In this document: positions 55,441 through 64,000 of the stretch, in pieces
How positions within the stretch are numbered: position 1 is the stretch's first letter
Layout of the letters: every line of letters begins with the position of its first letter
Assembly: GCA_964505005.1 (NCBI GenBank)
Contig: CAZDFQ010000002.1
Span: 92,310 to 156,309 of the forward strand
Source of the DNA: an uncultured Candidatus Saccharibacteria bacterium
Lineage (GTDB): Bacteria; Patescibacteriota; Minisyncoccia; UBA6257; 2-01-FULL-56-20
Length of the DNA stretch: 64,000 nucleotides
Direction of reading: 5' to 3'
Notes under the pieces: generated by a model
The model's input: only the letters and a program-made list of their open reading frames with translations
The model's database searches: none
Told to the model about the DNA's origin: nothing
Position numbers and translations under genes: made by a program

Positions 55441-56231
55441 CGAACAATCTATTTCGAAGCAAGCTTTTTTGGCTTGGCTTGGCAGTAGTCCTTTTAATCG
55501 GCGCCGGCTTGTTTTTGGGCTCAATGGCCAGCGCGCCGCTCCTCTATAAATTCTCCAATTCCGGTACCTGGTTTATACCGCTTTTAGTGGCCGCGGCGGT
55601 TACTGACAGCATTAACATCTGCGCTTTCTCGGTCTTGCTGCTGACCGTGGCTTTCCTCATCAGTCTCGGCCGAGTCCGGACCAGCATTATGAAAATCGGC
55701 TTCAGCTACATCGCCGGCATCTTCATTGTCTATCTGCTTATCGGCTTAGGCATTCTCCAGGCGCTTCACCTCTTCAACACCCCGCACTTTATGGCTAAAG
55801 TCGGCGCGACGCTTCTTATCGTTCTGGGAGCCATTAACATCATCAATGAATTTTTCCCGGCCTTTCCTCTAAAATTGCGCCTTCCCCAGGCGGCCCACGG
55901 CAAAATGGCCGAGCTCATGGAAAAAGGGTCAATGCCAACGGCCTTTCTTTTGGGAGGTCTGGTCGGTCTTTGCGAGTTTCCTTGCACCGGCGGTCCTTAT
56001 CTGATGGTCTTAGGGCTTCTTCACGATAAAGCCACCTACTTCAAGGGAGTTGCTTATCTCTTCCTTTATAATCTCATCTTCATTCTGCCGTTAGTGGCCA
56101 TCCTGATTCTGGCGAGCAACAAGGATTTGCTCGGCAAGGTGCAGGAATGGAGAAAGGTCGAAGCCAAAAATATGCGGTTCTGGATAGGCATCGCAATGAT
56201 TGTCTTGGGCCTGCTTATTTTTGCGCTGTGA
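55437..56231 (+). CDS. ccdA: Cytochrome c biogenesis protein CcdA-like (DsbD-family transmembrane thiol-disulfide transporter)
   Basis: DSINICAFSVLL and GLCEFPCTGGPYL (the two conserved Cys in TM segments); 6+ TM. Confidence 0.75.
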   Translation: MTNNLFRSKLFWLGLAVVLLIGAGLFLGSMASAPLLYKFSNSGTWFIPLLVAAAVTDSINICAFSVLLLTVAFLISLGRVRTSIMKIGFSYIAGIFIVYLLIGLGILQALHLFNTPHFMAKVGATLLIVLGAINIINEFFPAFPLKLRLPQAAHGKMAELMEKGSMPTAFLLGGLVGLCEFPCTGGPYLMVLGLLHDKATYFKGVAYLFLYNLIFILPLVAILILASNKDLLGKVQEWRKVEAKNMRFWIGIAMIVLGLLIFAL

Positions 56232-56423
56232 TATGAAGCTTCGCTTCATCATTTGGTTCACCCGGCAATCACAAGAATCTTTTTGTTCTTGAGTTGCCTC
56301 GTTGCCAAATGTAGAATTAAATATAATGCGAATGGCGCGAATTCTTATGCGAATGTTGCGAATATTTTAATAAACCCCTCTGCGGTTATTCGTATCATTC
56401 GCACACATTCGTAAATTGGCATT

Positions 56424-56945
56424 ATGTTAATTATGGACGCCAATTCACAAAAATACCAAGAGCTGATTAAAAAAATCGAGGCGCTTAAAAAATCGGACAA
56501 GGTCGATTTGTCCACGGACGAGGACTTGAGCTTGGCGGTGATGAACCTGATTAGCCTGGAAGAACATTTTTTCTTCACCGCCGAAAAGACCGGTAAAGGA
56601 GAGTATCTTGATTTGCTCAATGAGGTACGGGCGCTGCGGAAATCATTGCTGGCTCGTTTGATTGACAAGCACGAAGGCGAAACCTGGTGCGCGAGCAAAC
56701 ATTTGCTGGCCGCGACCATGCGGTTGCTCGAAGTCGGCACCAAACTGCATTCGGACAATAAAAAGAAAGAAGCTAAAGAAATATTCGATTATGCCCATCG
56801 TTTGTATTCCATTTTCTGGGGGTTGCGCTTGAAACTTCTTGATACCAAAGGATTAAGAGAAGCAGCTGCCGAATCGGCGAAGGCGGACAAACCCTGGACT
56901 CTCGAAGATATCGTCAATAAACTGGTTGACTGTTGCGATGAGTGA
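56424..56945 (+). CDS. Hypothetical cytoplasmic helical protein
   Basis: No motif recognised. Confidence 0.35.
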   Translation: MLIMDANSQKYQELIKKIEALKKSDKVDLSTDEDLSLAVMNLISLEEHFFFTAEKTGKGEYLDLLNEVRALRKSLLARLIDKHEGETWCASKHLLAATMRLLEVGTKLHSDNKKKEAKEIFDYAHRLYSIFWGLRLKLLDTKGLREAAAESAKADKPWTLEDIVNKLVDCCDE

Positions 56946-57034
56946 TAAAAAATCAAAAATCCCCGCCTGCGCCGACCCGCACTTCGCCGTTGACTTCAGC
57001 AGGGAGAGGGCTTCGGCGGGCAGGAAAAATCAAA

Positions 57035-57412
57035 ATGCAAAATTACAATTCAAAATTTAAAATTTTAATATTTTTAATTGTCATTTTAATCTTTGCATTT
57101 TTATTTTTGATTTGGCAGCGAGGTAGCGGCACGGCACCGCAGAATTTACTCGACTCTCTTGCTAAATGTCTGGCCTCGAAGGGTATAACAATGTACGGCG
57201 CCTATTGGTGCCCGCATTGCCAGAACGAGAAAGCAGCTTTCGGCAGTTCGTTCAGATATATTCCCTATGTGGAGTGCGCGGAAAATCCGCAAAAATGTCT
57301 GGAGGTCGGCATCAAGGGTTATCCAACCTGGATTTTCTCGGATGGCCGGCGCTTTGAAGGCGAGCAAGGGCTTCAGCGGCTGGCGCAGGAAAGCGGCTGC
57401 CCATTGCCGTAA
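57035..57412 (+). CDS. Membrane-anchored thioredoxin-fold protein (WCPHC active site)
   Basis: TM ILIFLIVILIFAFLFLIW, then MYGAYWCPHCQNEKAAFG (CxxC). Confidence 0.7.
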   Translation: MQNYNSKFKILIFLIVILIFAFLFLIWQRGSGTAPQNLLDSLAKCLASKGITMYGAYWCPHCQNEKAAFGSSFRYIPYVECAENPQKCLEVGIKGYPTWIFSDGRRFEGEQGLQRLAQESGCPLP

Positions 57413-57442
57413 AATCACGAATCACAAATCATAAATCACGAA

Positions 57443-58447
57443 TTGAGAATTATGGAAAACGATATTCAAAAACCTGAAGAAAAGAGAAAAAATGGCTTCT
57501 TGCTGCCGCTAAGCATTCTGCTTTCAACGTTTATCCTTGCCGGTGCCTGGATTTACACGACTGGTTTGAAAACAGCCAAAGTCGGGCAGCGGCCTTTGGC
57601 GGCGGCCAATGTCCAGCAATCTCTGCTGGAAGGGAAATTATTGCCTTCTCAAGGAATTGTTCTACCGGTTCGCTGGGGCGATTCGGGTGCGAAGCTCGTA
57701 AAAGCCGGCGTAATTGATGGTGGGAAATTCGAATCGCTCTACAATCGGCAGGGAGAAGAAAGCAAACGAAGTTTGTTTTCGGCGAGCGAACCGATTGATG
57801 AAGCGGAAGCTTCATACGCGAATCGTTCGGTTTCTCTCAATGAGCTCAGGCGATTGCTCTACGGAGAGGATAATGGCAATTTAAAAATTACCCGGGAAAA
57901 TTCCGGAATCATCGTCAATCTTCTGTGGGCTTTAGGTCTGGGTAACAAAAACGCGATTTTGGAGAGGGGGCCGATGGCTGACCCGCGTTATATTACTGCT
58001 AATTTCGCTTCCACCGGCGGCTGGACAATTGCCAAAGGCAGCGCGATGGAACATTACAGCAAACATGAGTTTGTTACTTTAACGCCAGAACAGCAGGCAT
58101 TGGTAGAAAGAGTCAGTCAAAATATCTATCGGCCGTGTTGCGACAATGCCACTTATTTTCCGGACTGCAACCACGGGATGGCCATGCTCGGCCTGCTCGA
58201 GCTGATGGCTTCGCAAGGCGTTTCCGAGGAGGAAATGTACCGGGCAGCGCTTAAAGTAAATTCGTTTTGGTTTCCGGATGTTTACCTGACGATTGCCAAA
58301 TATTTTGAGTCAAAGGGGATTGATTGGAGCCAGACGGATTCCAAAGAGGTCTTGAGCTATAATTTTTCGAGTGCCAGCGGCTACCAGCGGATTTTGAGCC
58401 AGGTCGCGCCGCCGGAAATCAATTCTAGCAGCGGTTGCGGCGTCTAA
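57443..58447 (+). CDS. Membrane-anchored Cys-rich extracytoplasmic protein of unknown family, paralog A (YRPCCDN...DCNHG...C-terminal GCGV)
   Basis: TM LLPLSILLSTFILAGAWIY. Homologous over about 250 aa to the C-terminal half of 60946-62436. Confidence 0.5.
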   Translation: MRIMENDIQKPEEKRKNGFLLPLSILLSTFILAGAWIYTTGLKTAKVGQRPLAAANVQQSLLEGKLLPSQGIVLPVRWGDSGAKLVKAGVIDGGKFESLYNRQGEESKRSLFSASEPIDEAEASYANRSVSLNELRRLLYGEDNGNLKITRENSGIIVNLLWALGLGNKNAILERGPMADPRYITANFASTGGWTIAKGSAMEHYSKHEFVTLTPEQQALVERVSQNIYRPCCDNATYFPDCNHGMAMLGLLELMASQGVSEEEMYRAALKVNSFWFPDVYLTIAKYFESKGIDWSQTDSKEVLSYNFSSASGYQRILSQVAPPEINSSSGCGV

Positions 58448-58528
58448 GCGGTTTCTAAATTATCCCCACCTCTCTTGCATAAATACCCCGTAGGGGTATA
58501 ATTAGAATTATAGGCGAGCGATAATAAA

Positions 58529-58912
58529 ATGGATTTCGATTATACAGTTAAAACTTCAAAAGCTTTTGATTCAGTCGTGAAAGCGGTGGAAGAAGAAACC
58601 GCCAAAGCCGGCTTCCGGGTTTTGTATATCCACGATGTCCAGAATGCTTTGGCGGAAAAGGGTTTTGAAATCGAGCCGTTCAAAATCATCGAAATCTGCA
58701 ACGCCAAATCCGCTTATGCCGTTTTGAAAGCCGATATTAAAATCGGGCTCTGCCTGCCCTGCAAAATCAATGTCTATGTCAAAAACGGCGAAACTTACAT
58801 TTCCGGAATGCGGCCGCTTGTCCTCAAGCAGTTTTTCCCGGCTGCCGATTTGGGTGACCTGCCGGAAGAAGTGGACCGCCTTATCAGGTCAATAGTAGAT
58901 AATTCAAAATAA
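58529..58912 (+). CDS. DUF302 domain protein
   Basis: FDSVVKAVEEETAKAGFRVLYIHDVQNALAEKGFEIEPFKIIEICN matches DUF302. Confidence 0.7.
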   Translation: MDFDYTVKTSKAFDSVVKAVEEETAKAGFRVLYIHDVQNALAEKGFEIEPFKIIEICNAKSAYAVLKADIKIGLCLPCKINVYVKNGETYISGMRPLVLKQFFPAADLGDLPEEVDRLIRSIVDNSK

Positions 58913-58975
58913 TATATACTATGAAAAATACCTGCGGCATTTTTAAAGGTCGAATCAAAAACATTCGATTGTCTT

Positions 58976-59251
58976 ATGGAGCTTGACAAGAATAAATTCG
59001 CCTTGGCAGCCAGCGCAGCGCTGGGAATAGTCTATGTCGTCTGCGCCGTGTTCGTGACGCTCTGGCCGGATTTTTCTTTGAAGCTTTTCGGCTGGCTGGT
59101 TCATCTGGTCAATGTCGACAAGTTCGCCGGTGGCGTGGCGGTAACCGCTTCCGGATTGATTATCGGCTTGGTTCAGGTGTTGGTTTACTCCTATATTATC
59201 GGTTATCTTTTCGCCTGGCTGCATAACCGGTTTCTGAAACCGCGCCCCTAA
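58976..59251 (+). CDS. Small 2-TM membrane protein (hypothetical)
   Basis: LAASAALGIVYVVCAVFVTLW and ASGLIIGLVQVLVYSYIIGYLF. Confidence 0.4.
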   Translation: MELDKNKFALAASAALGIVYVVCAVFVTLWPDFSLKLFGWLVHLVNVDKFAGGVAVTASGLIIGLVQVLVYSYIIGYLFAWLHNRFLKPRP

Positions 59252-59267
59252 GCAGAAAACAACTTAG

Positions 59268-60131
59268 ATGGAACTACTTTTAAGCGCATCGCTCGTGGCG
59301 GCTTTCGTGGCGGGGGTGGCGGCTCTTTTCGCGCCCTGCTGCATCACGGTTCTTCTGCCAGCTTATCTCGCTTCCATTTTCCGGGAACGGTACAAAGTGT
59401 TTTTGATGACCTTTATATTTTCTCTCGGGATACTGGCGGTGTTCCTGCCGATCGGCCTGGGAGCAGCGGCGCTGGGACAATTCTTCAGTCAATATCACAA
59501 CGTCATTTTCGGTGCTGGCGCGGTTTTCCTGATTTTGCTGGGGTTTATTCTCCTAACCGGCAGTCACTTTTCACTGCCGTTCCGGGCCAACCCCTCTCTT
59601 AAAAAGCACAATGCCCTTTCTGTTTTTGTTCTGGGCGCCTTTTCCGGAGTGGCGACCGCTTGTTGCGCTCCGGTTTTGGCAGGGGTGTTGGCTCTGGCGG
59701 TTTTGCCCGGCTCTATATTGTGGGGCGGGCTTTACACTTTGAGTTATGTTTTCGGTCTGGTCGCGCCCCTCTTCTTCCTGTCTCTTGTTCTGGATAAGAC
59801 AAATTTTACCCAGAAGTTCAGCAGCGTCTTCCGGAAGCCGCTGGAATATTCGGTTGGTGGAAGGAAGTTCAGTATCGCAGTTTCCGAAGCAATCTCTGGT
59901 ATCACTTTTTTGGGAATGGGGACATTGATTCTTTATCTGGCCTTGACAAACAAACTTTTCGTTCATTCTGAATATCAGGTAAGCATCAATATATTTCTTA
60001 CAAAAATTTTGAATTCGGTGAATGGTTTTATAAAGGTCGTACCCGAATTTGTTTGGGCGGTTCTCTTGGTCGCAGCAATCGCCCTCCTCATCAGCCGCGT
60101 CAGGTCCCTGCTTCGGAAGGAAAAACTTTAA
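59268..60131 (+). CDS. DsbD_2/CcdA-like transmembrane protein with paired Cys motifs (second paralog in the island)
   Basis: LFAPCCITVLLPAYL and GVATACCAPVLAGVLALA. Confidence 0.6.
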   Translation: MELLLSASLVAAFVAGVAALFAPCCITVLLPAYLASIFRERYKVFLMTFIFSLGILAVFLPIGLGAAALGQFFSQYHNVIFGAGAVFLILLGFILLTGSHFSLPFRANPSLKKHNALSVFVLGAFSGVATACCAPVLAGVLALAVLPGSILWGGLYTLSYVFGLVAPLFFLSLVLDKTNFTQKFSSVFRKPLEYSVGGRKFSIAVSEAISGITFLGMGTLILYLALTNKLFVHSEYQVSINIFLTKILNSVNGFIKVVPEFVWAVLLVAAIALLISRVRSLLRKEKL

Positions 60132-60266
60132 TTTAATCTCAATGACTTCTGCTCTTTATTCCTGCGCCTTTAAATTGTTGATATTGCCGATCTGATGTGG
60201 TAAAATTAATCATAAATCAATTAAAATCCTCCTCAACCCAAGAGTTTCGGGGGATAAAGAACAATT

Positions 60267-60893
60267 ATGAAAAAGAACGCAACAACAATAGCCTCCGTCA
60301 TAGTAGTCATTCTGGTTGCGGGAGCGTTGCTTTATATTGGTGGCGGAAATAAATCATCCACCACTGCCCAGCCCTCCGCCCTCGACTCCAGGTATAGCGG
60401 AACAGCGAATGTTCCCTACGCGTCATTGAATAACCTCGTTGGGAAACCGGTGCCGGCCTTCTCGCTGGCGGACGGCAGCGGTAAGATTTACTTGTCAGAC
60501 AGCTTGCGCGGTAAGAAGACCGTTCTTTTTTTCACGGAAGGGCTGATGTGTTACCCGGCCTGCTGGAATCAGATTGTCGCCTTTACCAAGGACGTGCGCT
60601 TCAGGGATAGCAACACCCTGGTGCTTTCAGTGGTCGTTGAGTCAAAAGAAGATTGGCAGAAAGCAATCAACCAGATGCCGGAGCTGGCTCAGGCGGCGGT
60701 ACTCTTTGATAGCGACTCGACCGTATCAAAGCAGTTAGGTATGCTCACGGCGCCCTCTTCAATGCACCCGGGATCGCTGCCGGGCCACACCTATCTGCTC
60801 GTGGATAAAAACGGAATCATCAGATACGTCTTGGACGATCCAACGATGAGTATCCGCAATGATCAGCTGATATCAGAGATAGCGAAATTATAG
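60267..60893 (+). CDS. SCO1/SenC-like copper chaperone (thioredoxin fold, CxxxC + His)
   Basis: TM anchor, then KTVLFFTEGLMCYPACWNQ (CxxxC as in Sco CPDVCP) and ...GHTYLLVDKNGIIRYV (the conserved His / LxDxxG block). Confidence 0.55.
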   Translation: MKKNATTIASVIVVILVAGALLYIGGGNKSSTTAQPSALDSRYSGTANVPYASLNNLVGKPVPAFSLADGSGKIYLSDSLRGKKTVLFFTEGLMCYPACWNQIVAFTKDVRFRDSNTLVLSVVVESKEDWQKAINQMPELAQAAVLFDSDSTVSKQLGMLTAPSSMHPGSLPGHTYLLVDKNGIIRYVLDDPTMSIRNDQLISEIAKL

Positions 60894-60945
60894 AGATGAT
60901 AAAAGTAAAAGCTGGACGCTCTCTTTAATTGGACGCCGGTCAAGC

Positions 60946-62436
60946 CTATACTCCGCAGCCGGCGCCGCCCTGCTTTTGCGGCAAAAGACCGGGGTTTTTG
61001 GCAATAATCTCTTGAAACGGCTGGCCGATATTTTTTGCCCAGCCGGGGCCACTCGAATAGTTAAAGCCCATAATTTCTTTGGAATTGATATCTTCCCAGG
61101 CGGTGTTTTTGGCGAGTTTGTAGTAAAGCGCGGTCTCAAGGTAGATTTGCGGAAACCAGAAGGAATTGAACCGCAATGCGACTCGGTAGAGTTCTTCTTT
61201 GGAAAGCCCTTGCGAGGCGCCGAGTTCGATTAAACCTAAAAGAGCTGAGCCGTGGTTGCAGTCTTGAAAGAAAGTTGAGTTGCCGCAGCAGGGTCGGTAA
61301 GTGTTTTGCGCGACCTCTAAGGCAAGCGCTTCCTCGCTCGGCGTGAGCTTTACGATATTGAATTTGTTGAAATATTTGCCGCCGTTGTCTTCTTTGCCGA
61401 GCGTCCAGCCGCCGGTGGAGGCGAAATTGAAAAGGGAGTCGCCGTTGACCGGACTTTTTTCGTTAAATTGGGTTTTATTGGCAAGCCCCATGGGCCAGAG
61501 GAGGTTGACCAAAAGGCCGGCATTGGCGGCATCTATTTTTAGCGGTTCGCCTGAGGGTTGGCTGAGAATCAGAAGTTCCTTTTCGTTTATACCGCGGCCG
61601 GCGTAAATCTTCCGGAATTTTTCAGGGTCAATGACGCCGTTTTCTACCAGTTTGACGATGGCGTCGCCGAAAACAATTCTCGTCTGAAATCCAGCCGGCG
61701 GCAGCACCTTGGCGACGACTTCGTCGTAGAGAGTGCTGCCGGTTTTGGCGTTTTGAGTATTCTGGATTCGGTTCATAAGAAGCGTGCCGTTTTTTGCCGC
61801 TGCGCTGGCTGCAACCTGTTCTTGATTCCAAAGCGGCATTGCCAAAAAAAGAATCAAAAATAGAACCGCCAGAAGCGTCGGATAAGATAACAATGAGTCG
61901 GCTTTCGCGGGAGCAGTCGCTGCCGCCTCAGGTTTTACTTCGCAGGTTTCGCAATTTGCCGCGCCAGACAATTTTTTTGCGGATAGTGCCAGTGCGACTC
62001 CGAAAAATGCCGCGCTCAAAAATTTCAGCTCCAGTCCTTTGAGAGGCAGAATGGCAACGCCGCCGGCAATACCGATTACCGAAAAAAGAAACGAACCGCA
62101 AATAGGGCAAGCCGCGGCAAAGGCTCCGAAGGTAGCGCCAAAGACATTGCCTCCCTGGGCTTTAATGCTCTTAAGTTTGGAATGTTGCCACGAATACACC
62201 GCGATCGCCAGGCTCATTCCGAAGAGCGCCACACTCAAAAGCGTTAAGATAACATACGGCCAGAAGTAGAGCGGAACGCCTCTATACATTGAATAGAAAT
62301 TCACCCAGGTGGTGGTTTTGGAGAGCAGCCACCAGTAAAGAAGGCCGAGACCAAACGCTCCGTCAATCGCAACCAGTAGATAGAGCGGCTTCCGGAAGAT
62401 GATTTTTACAACTGACGAAAATGTTTCATGCGCCAT
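60946..62436 (-). CDS. Polytopic membrane domain (CPICG motif) fused to a Cys-rich extracytoplasmic domain, paralog B of 57443
   Basis: N-terminal ~200 aa with multiple TM segments and CPICGSF. The C-terminal half carries YRPCCGNSTFFQDCNHGSALLGLIELGASQG...GCGV, aligning with paralog A. Confidence 0.5.
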   Translation of the reverse strand: MAHETFSSVVKIIFRKPLYLLVAIDGAFGLGLLYWWLLSKTTTWVNFYSMYRGVPLYFWPYVILTLLSVALFGMSLAIAVYSWQHSKLKSIKAQGGNVFGATFGAFAAACPICGSFLFSVIGIAGGVAILPLKGLELKFLSAAFFGVALALSAKKLSGAANCETCEVKPEAAATAPAKADSLLSYPTLLAVLFLILFLAMPLWNQEQVAASAAAKNGTLLMNRIQNTQNAKTGSTLYDEVVAKVLPPAGFQTRIVFGDAIVKLVENGVIDPEKFRKIYAGRGINEKELLILSQPSGEPLKIDAANAGLLVNLLWPMGLANKTQFNEKSPVNGDSLFNFASTGGWTLGKEDNGGKYFNKFNIVKLTPSEEALALEVAQNTYRPCCGNSTFFQDCNHGSALLGLIELGASQGLSKEELYRVALRFNSFWFPQIYLETALYYKLAKNTAWEDINSKEIMGFNYSSGPGWAKNIGQPFQEIIAKNPGLLPQKQGGAGCGV

Positions 62437-62577
62437 TTGTTTCTATTATATTATAGCAAGAAAAAGCTTTCCATCAACCCCCAGTCAGTTTGATGGTCTG
62501 TTGGTTTTTGAAATCAGGGAAACTTATCCACAGCAGGAATAATTGACAAGTAGGAGGTAGGGGTATAAGGTATAAAT

Positions 62578-62850
62578 ATGCTGGACAAGAAATTGAAGAA
62601 AAGGTCTATTCACCGCGCGAAAATCATTCGTGGCCAGGTGGACGGCCTCATTAAGGCCGTCGAAAAAGAAGTGTACTGCCCCGAGCTTTTGGCCCAGTCG
62701 CTGGCCATTCAAAGGTCGCTCAAAAGTCTTGACGCCTTTCTTCTGGAGAATCATCTCCGAACCCATGTGAAGCGCCAATTGGGCCGCCGCGGCGGAGAAG
62801 AAAAGGCCGTCAGAGAATTAATCAGGATTTATACGTTGTCAAACAAATAA
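62578..62850 (+). CDS. csoR: CsoR/RcnR/FrmR-family metal-sensing transcriptional repressor
   Basis: RAKIIRGQVDGLIKAVEKEVYCPELLAQSLAIQRSLKSLDAFLLENHLRTHV: the conserved Cys in the alpha2 helix and His in the alpha3 helix, typical of CsoR. Confidence 0.7.
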   Translation: MLDKKLKKRSIHRAKIIRGQVDGLIKAVEKEVYCPELLAQSLAIQRSLKSLDAFLLENHLRTHVKRQLGRRGGEEKAVRELIRIYTLSNK

Positions 62851-63008
62851 TCAAAATCAAGATGTTAAATTTCAACTTACTGGCCGAATTATAATCTCAT
62901 TGGATTCCCCAAAGAATACGGCGATGCTTATAAAATCTGGCGCCTGGAAAAGGTAGAAATAACCAAGGCCCAAACAAAAGAAACTACTATCAGCTTAGTT
63001 CAAAGCCA

Positions 63009-63899
63009 GTGAAAAAAATTATTGTAGTCATTTTGGCCATCGGCGTTTTAATCGCAGGTTTTTTGTTTGTTAAAAATGTATTTTTCAATCACCCCTATTA
63101 TAAAGTTGATTTTTCAAAACAATATCTCGCGGCTGCATCGGACGTTCCCGGTTTTGAGATTAAAAAAAGCAGTTCGGTTTTTATCGCCTATTATCATCCG
63201 AGGAGCGAAACAAGAGCCAATAGCGCCTTAGCGACATTAGAACAGGCCGGCTTGCCTTTGTATAAAAAATATTTGGGGATTGTTCCAAAAGAAATTTCTA
63301 TTTATTTAGCGGATAAAGTTGATGAATATATTAGAATTTCCGACTTCCCGGGCGGTAAAGAAGGCGTTAAAGTTGGCGACGGCTCATCGCCTAACGGCCG
63401 AATTTACTTGTACAAACCATTTGATTTTTTGACCTTAGCCCAGGAAGCGATGGTCATTCACGAAGGAACGCATGCGGTGATATATCAATTTTTAGGCAAT
63501 ATGCGCTACTTGCCGAGTTTTTTAAATGAGGGCTTGGCTCATTTTATTGAATACATTTTTAAATCCGGACCGGATTTTGAGCCTCTCCGCGAAATTAATC
63601 CGATTTTGATAAAAGCAGCAAAAACCGGTGGTCCCAAGATTCTGACTATTTCCGAGCTTGACCAAAAATGCGAGGGGTTTATCAGCGACGAAACTCAGAG
63701 CGGCCTCTGTCGCGCAGAAGGAACTTTTATTGTTTGGTATATCAACAAAAATTACGGCGACGGTGTTTGGGGGAAATTTTTAACCGAGCTCAAACAAACC
63801 CAAAATTGGCAGAAATCTTTGCGCGCTGTAACCGGTAGAACAACCGAAGAATTAGAACGGGAAGCCAGAGAGCAATTAAAATTAATGGCCAGCAAATGA
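63009..63899 (+). CDS. Membrane-anchored gluzincin-type zinc metallopeptidase-like protein (HExxH-x18-E)
   Basis: HEGTHAVIYQFLGNMRYLPSFLNEGLAHF: HExxH followed 18 residues later by the Glu of an LNEG block, as in M1-type gluzincins. N-terminal TM. Confidence 0.5.
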   Translation: MKKIIVVILAIGVLIAGFLFVKNVFFNHPYYKVDFSKQYLAAASDVPGFEIKKSSSVFIAYYHPRSETRANSALATLEQAGLPLYKKYLGIVPKEISIYLADKVDEYIRISDFPGGKEGVKVGDGSSPNGRIYLYKPFDFLTLAQEAMVIHEGTHAVIYQFLGNMRYLPSFLNEGLAHFIEYIFKSGPDFEPLREINPILIKAAKTGGPKILTISELDQKCEGFISDETQSGLCRAEGTFIVWYINKNYGDGVWGKFLTELKQTQNWQKSLRAVTGRTTEELEREAREQLKLMASK

Positions 63900-63910
63900 A
63901 TTTTAAAATA

Positions 63911-64000
63911 TGACCTTTCTGGAAAAACCCGAGCTTATCATTGCGGTGGGCGCGATAGCGGTTATCTCATTTCTTTTAGTTATAATTCTTTCACTGATTA
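63911..64000 (+). CDS. 5' end of a membrane-protein ORF continuing beyond the window
   Basis: MTFLEKPELIIAVGAIAVISFLLVIILSL... Confidence 0.2.

Noticed and set aside
60267-60893. Peroxiredoxin (AhpC/TSA) assignment for the thioredoxin-fold protein
   Set aside because: The active site is CxxxC (MCYPAC) with a downstream conserved His in an LxDxxG block. This fits Sco1/SenC better than the Prx T/S-x-x-C motif.
60888-61233. 83-aa minus ORF and 85-aa + ORF near 60.9-61.2 kb
   Set aside because: Both overlap the 3' end of the 496-aa minus-strand gene, whose C-terminal domain is validated by paralogy with 57443-58447.

Overview
This is a gene-dense bacterial window of about 45% GC, with most genes on the + strand. 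The small, short-form housekeeping proteins (EF-Ts, RecO), a secretin-less type IV pilus locus and several GxxExxY / four-helix-bundle type genes suggest a reduced, possibly Patescibacteria/CPR-like genome; this is a low-confidence inference. The window holds: (i) a truncated dnaE, a tRNA-Thr/Thr/Trp cluster with rpmG, and a tRNA-Tyr; (ii) translation and cell-division housekeeping genes (rpsP, KH protein, efp, truB, mnmA, rpsB, tsf, glyQS, hisS, rpsU, frr, pth, lepB, murA, mreB, ftsA, ftsZ, holB, rseP, recO, rmuC); (iii) a type IV pilus locus at 30.9-40.2 kb (pilin, PilB, PilC, pseudopilins, a PilM-N-O fusion and a Cys-containing triple-repeat secreted protein); (iv) a copper/thiol-redox island at 54.9-63.9 kb (DUF1573, CcdA, thioredoxin, Sco-like, DsbD_2, DUF302, CsoR, two paralogous Cys-rich membrane proteins of unknown family). 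The most unusual feature is a set of GC-rich palindromic repeat elements that occur both between genes and inserted in-frame inside essential genes (pth, mnmA, murA, truB), in the manner of Rickettsia palindromic elements. Also present: heptanucleotide tandem repeats inside coding sequences, including (tttctac)n at the 5' ends of two pseudopilin genes; several families of AT-rich MITE-like nested palindromes; and a promoter-associated gcgaatg phased motif. Compositionally foreign patches sit next to tRNA genes. No CRISPR array and no rRNA were found.
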